From assembly GCA_000388065.2 (NCBI GenBank), contig KB932210.1: 10,792 nt of DNA. One strand, 5' to 3'. Under the pieces are notes generated by a model that saw only the letters and a program-made list of their open reading frames with translations, made no database searches and was not told the DNA's origin. The first letter of the stretch is position 1, and the number at the start of each line of letters is the position of its first letter. Position numbers and translations under genes: made by a program. Shown piece by piece: positions 1 to 6,800 of the stretch. Origin of the DNA: Fonticula alba ATCC 38817. Taxonomy: Eukaryota > Protista > Nucleariida.

Positions 1-141
1 CCGGCGTCTCGATCCCCCGGAGCAGCCCTCGGCCTGGGCATCGGCCTCGGCCTGCTGGTGGTGTTGCTCCTGGCGGCCGGCCTGGCCATCCTGCTGGTGT
101 CCTGGAACCGGCGCCGGCGCCTCGACCGCTGGGCCAAGACG
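1..141 (+). CDS. Partial 3' exon of an upstream paralogous single-pass membrane protein (TM helix plus basic stop-transfer); gene begins before the window
   Basis: Frame +1 reads PASRSPGAALGLGIGLGLLVVLLLAAGLAILLVSWNRRRRLDRWAKT. nt 25-60 match nt 8115-8150 of the main gene at 34/36 positions (ALGLGIGLGLL). It is followed by a phase-0 GTACGC donor at 142. Not in the ORF track. Confidence 0.8.
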
Positions 142-266
142 GTACGCCCGGGAACGGTCGCCTCCCCGCGCCTCCCCTGACTCGGCCTCTAACCGCACGC
201 ACCGCCCACACGCGCACGCGCACGCGCACGCGCACGCCCGCCGGAATGTGCCGCACGCTCGCCCAG
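142..266 (+). other. Predicted spliceosomal intron of the upstream paralog (125 nt)
   Basis: GTACGC donor at 142, branch-like CTAAC at 189-193, first downstream AG is CCCAG at 262-266, and it contains a (CGCGCA)4 repeat. If unspliced the frame stops at TGA 178-180. Confidence 0.55.
211..234. repeat. (CGCGCA)4 hexanucleotide microsatellite
   Basis: Read directly from the sequence; lies inside the predicted intron 142-266. Confidence 0.9.
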
Positions 267-314
267 GACCGCGATGCCATCGCCCTCGAGGCCATGGCCG
301 CCTCAGGCCACTGA
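267..314 (+). CDS. Predicted terminal exon of the upstream paralog (DRDAIALEAMAASGH*)
   Basis: Phase-0 continuation after the CAG acceptor at 264-266, ending in TGA at 312-314. Rests entirely on the predicted intron. Confidence 0.45.
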   Translation, partial: DRDAIALEAMAASGH

Positions 315-672
315 GCCCGGCCCCCATGCGCCCGGGCCGGCGTGCCCCCCTCCACGCTTGGACGACAATACATGCGCTTGAAGGAATCGACTTTTGGGGG
401 TGTGGTGCCATTTGTTGCCCCGGGGCGGCCGGGGGCCTGTCACACCCGACCGGCCGCATGGGTTCGCGGCCCGGGCCGCCGGAAGCCGGCTCCCTGGGCC
501 GGAATTGGGCAGGGCACCCGGGTGCGGCTGGCGTCGCACACTCGGCGGGCCGGACCATCTCGCCGATGCCCGGAGCGGCAACGCGATGTCCCCGTGCCGG
601 ACGGACGATGTGCGCCGGGGAGGGCGGTGGAGATGCGCCGGGCGCCCGCCCAAACCCAGCCGGCGGTCCCAT

Positions 673-809
673 CGCACATACACACATGCACATGCACATA
701 CACACATGCACATACACATATGCACATACACAAATGCACATACACAAATGCACATACACAAATGCACATACACAAATGCACATACACAAATGCACACACA
801 CATACACAC
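673..809. repeat. 14-bp minisatellite, consensus TGCACATACACAAA
   Basis: Five perfect copies at 721-790, variant units at 693-706 (..CACA) and 707-720 (..CATA), and degenerate copies at both ends. Confidence 0.95.
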
Positions 810-1743
810 TGCTGGTGCTGGCAACCCGGGGGACTTGGTCCAGGATGACCGGCGCGGCCAGCGGCGCCCCCTCGAGATCTGGCGGACCGAAAGCACGCCA
901 CGCTCTGAGAGACATGCCCCGCAAGCCTTCCCAGCAGCCGGGGCCGCGGAGGCTGCCAGGGCCCCGCTCCCCTCCCCGGGCCCGATGCGCGTCCAGCCCC
1001 CCCCCCCCCCCCAGCCTGGCTCGACCACCACCCACAGACACCCCGGCGTCAGAGCGGGAGGGCCTCTGGGGCCTTTGTCCGTGGTCTGCCGGACAACCAA
1101 AGCCGACTGCCAACGCTCAGCGCACGGCCCGCAAGCAAGCACGCCGACGGCAGCCAGCCCGCCCCCCCAGGGCCACTTGTCCCCGGCGCGCGAGGGCGCA
1201 ATTTTCCCCTGGAGGGGCGCCCCGTGCTGTCCCCCCCCCCCCCCTGTCGCACACCGACAATTTGCCGTAGGTCCGGGCGCGGGCGGCTGCCCGGCTCGGC
1301 GAGGGCCATTGTCACGCCGCGCACCTTTCATGGTGGACCCTGTTTCAAGAGCCACATCGAGCTGGTATGGCTGCCACGCGCTGCGCTAAATGCTGGCCCC
1401 CCCCCCCGGCAAGAGTGCGCCCCCCGGGGTTGTGCCAGGCCTTGTGCGGGGCCAGCGGGCGAGGGGAGCATTTCACCCGGCGAAGCCACCCGAGCGGCGT
1501 CCATGCCTGCGGCATCCTCCCCGGCCGGGGGGGGGGGGGGGGCCAGACGCCTCGAACTCCCCGGCCATGCTGGCCGGAACATCATGCCCGGCCGGCACAA
1601 GGCCGCATGCGAGGCCCCACCCGGGCGAGTGGCCCTGCGGACGCCGTCTTGCCGCCCCGTCGCGCGGCCGCCACCCGCCCCAGATCCCAATGCTCCATGC
1701 GGGCCTCCCTCCCGGGGGGGCCCGGCCGCGGCGGGCGCGTTGG

Positions 1744-1745
<2 letters not shown>

Positions 1746-1794
<49 letters not shown>
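1746..1794. repeat. (CT)24 microsatellite
   Basis: Uninterrupted CT run; source of the SLSLSL and ERERER translations in the ORF track. Confidence 0.97.
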
Positions 1795-1795
<1 letters not shown>

Positions 1796-2036
1796 AAGGG
1801 GTGGCCCTTCGCAAGGAGCCCGCCTTCGGGCAGCCGTTCCTGGCAGAGCACCACACGCGCGCGCCCTGCCCCTGACAGAAGGCCCAAGTCACCAGGGGCA
1901 CCCGACCCCACGGACGGGTCCAAGCCCCGGCCAGCAAATTGGCCGGAGAGAAAGGGGAAGGGAAAAGAGGGCGAACCCCAGGAGGGGGCCGTACACTCGG
2001 GCATGTCCACCAACCAGATCCCTCGCTCCGCCCCCC

Positions 2037-2217
2037 NNNNNNNNNNNNNNNNNNNNNNNNNNNNNNNNNNNNNNNNNNNNNNNNNNNNNNNNNNNNNNNN
2101 NNNNNNNNNNNNNNNNNNNNNNNNNNNNNNNNNNNNNNNNNNNNNNNNNNNNNNNNNNNNNNNNNNNNNNNNNNNNNNNNNNNNNNNNNNNNNNNNNNNN
2201 NNNNNNNNNNNNNNNNN
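2037..2217. other. Assembly gap (181 N) flanked by poly-C
   Basis: Run of N; it ends about 50 nt upstream of the predicted start codon. Confidence 0.99.
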
Positions 2218-2268
2218 CCCCCCCCCCCCGCCTCCTCGCCCACCGGCCCCTGCCGCCGCTCGCCCCAC

Positions 2269-2391
2269 ATGGGCCCCATGCGCCCGGGCGCCGGGCCCTC
2301 GCACGGCCGGCTCCCCGCGCTGCTCCCCCTGCTGAGGCTGCTCCCGCTGCTGCTCGGGGTGCTGCTTGCGGCCGGCCGAGAGGGGGCCAGC
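2269..2391 (+). other. Predicted signal peptide (about 35-41 aa)
   Basis: Basic n-region, Leu-rich h-region LPALLPLLRLLPLLLGVLLAA, then small residues (AAG or GAS-Q) as candidate cleavage sites; exact site not determined. Confidence 0.7.
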
Positions 2392-3658
2392 CAGGCACCG
2401 GCGCTGGCACTGGCGCCAGAGCAGCCGCCCCAGGTCCCCTACTGCCTGGCCCCGCTGCCGCTCTTCGACCAGCCGAGCCGGCTGGAGTTCCAATCGCTGG
2501 AGCATGGCCGGCCCAGCTCCACCCTGGTGCTGCGGGACTCCAACGCGCTAACCCTCCTGTCGCAGGACCAGCTCACTGTCTCGGCATGGTCGGAGCTCCG
2601 CCATGGGGCCCTCTTCCATTCGGAGCAGAAGACACACCAGGTCCTCAGCCTGGGCTCCTCCGCCCCGGGACTGCCCCATGGCAGCGTGGTACATGTCATC
2701 CGCGCTGACACCCCTCGCCCGGCCCTGGTGGCCTTCAGCCCGACCGAGGCACGGCTCCTTCTGTCGGATGGCTCGGGCGCTATCTTCACCGACGCCGGCA
2801 TGGTCTTGCTGGCTGCCACGGCCTCCTCCCACAACCATGCGTCCCTGCTGGTAGTCGATAGCCAGAACCTTGTACGCGTTGTCAGCTTGTTGAATAGCGC
2901 CGCGTCGGACCTCATGATCACCGGGCTCACCGGCACCCCCGGGCTTCGGGCGCTTCGCGGCTCCGGCTACACCTTCCACCTGTGGGACGCCAGCACCTAC
3001 CACTTCCTGGACCTCAGCCTCTCCCTCGACCCGTCTTCCAGCTCGGCCGAGGCCGTCATCCGCCATGTGGCCGTCACGCGTGTCTCTCCATCGACCCCAT
3101 CCGATCGGGACGACCTGTTCTTCCTGCTGGACAATGGCACCTGGCTGCCGTGTCTCGCGTGTTCCTCCCTGGCCCCGGTCCCGGGCGTCCCCAGCCCGGT
3201 CTTCCCCCACCCGGGGGCCAGCCTCTCCGGCCGGGTGCTGGCCCAGCCCGGCTTCGAGCTGCGCCCCTCCGACCATACCGGGCACTTCTTCTTCCACGAG
3301 CAGGCCTCCCACAATGGCACGCCGGATGTCCTTTGGCGACTGGACGTCTCCACCGACGGGCTGACCTTCCAGCCATCCCGGGTGCTCATCCCCTCCGAGG
3401 CCGGGCCCCTGGCCAACCTGCGCCTGGTGAACACCTACCTCGGCGGCCGATTCGTGCCCGTCCTCGCCGGAACCCAGCTCCTCCTCGACCACAGCCACTT
3501 CTCCTGCGACCAGGACCTGACCATTGTGTGTGACCCGGAGGAGCCCACCGGCTGGCGGTGCAAGCCCGGTCACCAGATGTCCACCTTCGCCAACGACGGC
3601 CGCCTATGCAGCGCCTGCCTCCCGGGCTTCTATTACCAGCGGGACTCCAGCACCAGCC
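2269..3658 (+). CDS. Exon 1: signal peptide, cysteine-poor domain D1, start of Cys-rich region 1
   Basis: ATG at 2269 (alternative ATG 2278). Reads MGPMRPGAG...LLPLLRLLPLLLGVLLAAG through ...CSACLPGFYYQRDSSTS and ends at a GTACGT donor in phase 1. Confidence 0.8.
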
Positions 3659-3790
3659 GTACGTGCCACCTTCTCTCCCCTCCCTTCGGCGGGCGGGGCC
3701 CGGCGGCAAGGGCCATGGCTGCTCGGGCACTTCCCCTGCTCGGTGTGGGGCCCGGCCTGGCCCCGCGCCAGGCACGCATGCCCCGTGCCA

Positions 3791-3859
<69 letters not shown>

Positions 3860-6800
3860 GTGTACATATGCATTCGCTTTCACATCAGGCCCCTCCCTCT
3901 GCCACACTTTTTCCATACTGACCCCTTGGCCGGATGTTGCTCATCTCTCTGTCTTTGTGCGCCACACAAATGCGCGGCGGGCGCGGGGACACCCCAATGC
4001 CCGGGCCTGCCATCCTCAAGAGATCGAATGCAAACCGTGTCCCCAGCAGGGCTGCGAGGTGTGCACGGCGGCCTCCTGCCTGGCCTGCCAGCCGGGCCTG
4101 CTGCTGGCCCGGCCGGCCACCAACCAGGCCTCCTGTGTTCAGAATTGCCCCGAGGGCTTGCACCAGGAGGGGACCCTGTGCCTGCCCCTGGACACATGGA
4201 CCGTGGAGCAGCCGACCCTCGAGCAGGTTGCCGTCTCGGTCAAGGATGACGATGGCGCGTCACTCAACCCGACGGAATCCCTCATCCCCACGCGCCTGAC
4301 CATGTCATCGACGGAGGCCCTGCTGCCCTGGGCCGCGCCGCTGCCCCTCCGGCCGACGCACTTCCTGTCCCTGCGCAACGGGATCCTCCCGCTGCTGATC
4401 CAACCATCGGCCGATGGATCGCCCCCATTCCGGGCCATCGAACTGTTCAGTTTGCCGGCCATCTCCTTCAAGGTCCTGGACGGGCTGGAGCGCGTGGTCT
4501 CCGTCGCCAACAGCCGGCCGGTTCTCGAGCTTTTCTACTGCCTCGAGGGGTCGTCAGGCGGCCTGCGCCGGGTGCGCGTCACCTGCCAGACGGGCAGTCA
4601 CCAAGTCCCAGAACAGCCATGCGTGGCCGCCTTCCAGATCGACAACCAGTTCCTCCTGCCCGGTTGCGATGCCCTGGCCGAGATCGATGCGAACAACCTC
4701 ATGGTTCGAGTTGTCGGCGGCCTGCACTTCCTCCTGTCCACGCCCAGCTCCGACAACTGGGTCATCAAGCCGGTGTCCAGCTTGCCGACCACCGGGCGTC
4801 CGGGCATCCTGCCGGCCCTCGGCCTGACATCGCACAACCTGCTGGTCTTCCACCAACATGGCCCGGGCCTTGGGCCCAGCCCGCGCGCCGTCTCCCTGCC
4901 CCTGATGGTGGCTGGCGATCCGCGTGTCAATGCCACGGCCACCAGCCTGCTGGACCCCCAGGGCCTTGCCCAGCTGGAAATGACGTCGGTGCTGACGCTG
5001 CGAGCCACGGCCCCGGCCCCGGACCACTTCCTGGTGGGCCTGCGGCCGGACCCCTCCCACCCGGGCCGCTAACAGTGGCTGGCCGCGCACTTGCCGCTCG
5101 GCACCATGACCCACGGCCGCGCCGCCCAGCTGCCCACCCGGCTGCATGTCCTGGCCACGCTGGAGGCGCACCCGGGCCCGGTGCACTACCGAGCGGTGAA
5201 CCTGCTCATCCATGCCAACTGGCCCGGGGCTCTGGTCCTGGCCACCGGGACGACGCTCCTGCTGGCGCCGCTCTACTGCCCGACCAGGGCCTCCAGCCAG
5301 CTGTGCTTCCTGCGCCCGGCCAGCAGCCACACCCTGCCGGGGCCGTGGGCCGCCCTGTCGGACTCCGGCATGGTGCCCCTCAGCTTGGCCTCGGGCCCGG
5401 CGCCCACCCCCGGCCCGGCGGCCGCCATCCACTCGACCCCCTCGCCGGAGCGCACATCGCTGCTGGCGCTTCTGACCACGGGGCAGGGGCCCCTCTGGCG
5501 GCTGGACATCCTCCTGGAGGCCTGCGACTCGAGCACCTGGGGCATGCCATCCTCCTGCGGCCCCTGCCACGCGCGGTGCGCCACCTGCACCGGGCCCGGG
5601 CCGGAGGATTGCACCGCATGCGCGCTCCTGGCCAATGGCCAGCCCCTGGAGCCCCCCTGCACGGACACCTGCCCGGCCGGCCTGCTCATGACCGGCATCA
5701 ACGCCTGCACCTGCCACGAGAAGTGCCTCACCTGCGCGGGGCCCCTGTCGGGGCGCTTCCACTGTGTCGAATGCATGGCCGGCTTTGTCAAGTCCACCTC
5801 GGTGGCCGACGTGGACTGGTGCCTGGCGTGCGCTGCCTCCTGCGCCACGTGCTCCGCCGAGTCCGATGCCGGTGCCTGCCTCTCCTGCCAGGGTGGCCTG
5901 CTCCTGTCGGGCAGCACGTGCGTGAGCGCCTGCCTGGCCGGGCACTGGCCCGACCTGCCGAGCTCCATGTGTCGCCCCTGCCCGGAGGGCTGCACAGCCT
6001 GCACCTCGGGGACCGCCTGCACCGGCTGCCGGGAGGGCCACTTCCGCCGCGGCGGCGCCTGCCTCCGCTGTGACGGCTCGTGTGTCTCCTGCCAAGATGC
6101 CGCATCCTGCGAGGTGTGCCGGCCGGGGCTGGTGTTCCTGTCGGCCGATCCGCAGCAGGCGTCCCTCTGCGGCGGCACCTGCGCCCCGGGCGAGTATGTC
6201 GGCGCCGGCCGGTGTGCCGCGTGCCATGAGTCTTGTGAGCTGTGCGACCAGGCGGCCGCCGCGTGTCGGGTGTGCGCGCCAGGCTTCCGCTGGGGCGCGG
6301 TCCCGGGCCCCGGCGGCACCGGCACGTGTGTCCCCTGTGATCCTGGGTGCGCCTCCTGCACGAGCGCCGCCTGCCATGCCTGCCTGCCGGGCCTTGTCTT
6401 GGACTCGAGCAACGCGTGCGTGGCCGCCTGCCCGGCCGGGTCGTTCAGCAACGGCGAGTCGTGCCAACCATGCGACGTGTCTTGTGTCGCCTGCGCCGGT
6501 GGCATGGGCAACCAGTGCACGGGCTGTGCCGCCGGGCTGGAGCTTGTCGAGGTCACTCCCGGTGTCGGCACCTGCGAGTCGGGCTGCCCGGAGGGCCAGT
6601 ACCGCCAGGGCACGGACTGCCTGCCCTGCGACGCGGCCTGCGCCACGTGCAACGGCCCCACGGACAAGGACTGCTGGCGGTGTGCCTCCGGCGTCCTGCA
6701 GGGGGGCGACTGCGTGCAGGCCTGCGCCGCCAGGCATGTGGCCATGGCCGACCGGTGCCTGCCGTGCCATGTCTCCTGCGCCGAGTGCATGGGCACTCGG

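Larger units (their letters stand above)
3505..4181 (+). other. Cys-rich region 1 (short furin-like region spanning intron 1)
   Basis: FSCDQDLTIVC...WRCKPG...CSACLPGFYY...CKPCPQQGCEVC...SCLACQPG...SCVQNCPEG...LC. Confidence 0.75.

Noticed and set aside
673-809. Regular repeat array as a possible CRISPR array or telomeric repeat
   Set aside because: Units are head-to-tail with no unique spacers, the context is eukaryotic with no cas genes, and the position is interstitial with a unit I do not recognise as telomeric.
248-1389. Long ORFs on both strands (248..1270, 303..1355, 394..1389, 440..901) with HTHMHI or CVCVC tracts resembling His/Cys-rich metal-binding proteins
   Set aside because: The His/Cys tracts are translations of the 14-bp minisatellite, and the rest is low-complexity P/G/R/A typical of stop-poor GC-rich DNA with homopolymer runs.
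1561-1577. Small hairpins and palindromes (CCGGCCA-TGC-TGGCCGG at 1561-1577; GCGCGC run near 10062-10075) and an apparent excess of CATG in intergenic DNA
   Set aside because: Short GC-only stems are expected by chance at this composition; no terminal inverted repeats, target-site duplications or tRNA/ncRNA fold were identifiable, and the CATG excess was not tested statistically.
1224-2708. ORFs crossing the N gap, including the 1939 start of the 660-aa ORF
   Set aside because: Frame continuity depends on an estimated gap length; upstream parts are low complexity and include the (CT)n translation.
5070-5072. In-frame TAA read as stop-codon readthrough, recoding or a pseudogenising mutation
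   Set aside because: It falls inside a well-formed 42-nt GT-AG intron as part of the CTAAC branch motif, so splicing is the simpler explanation. Not formally excluded without RNA data.
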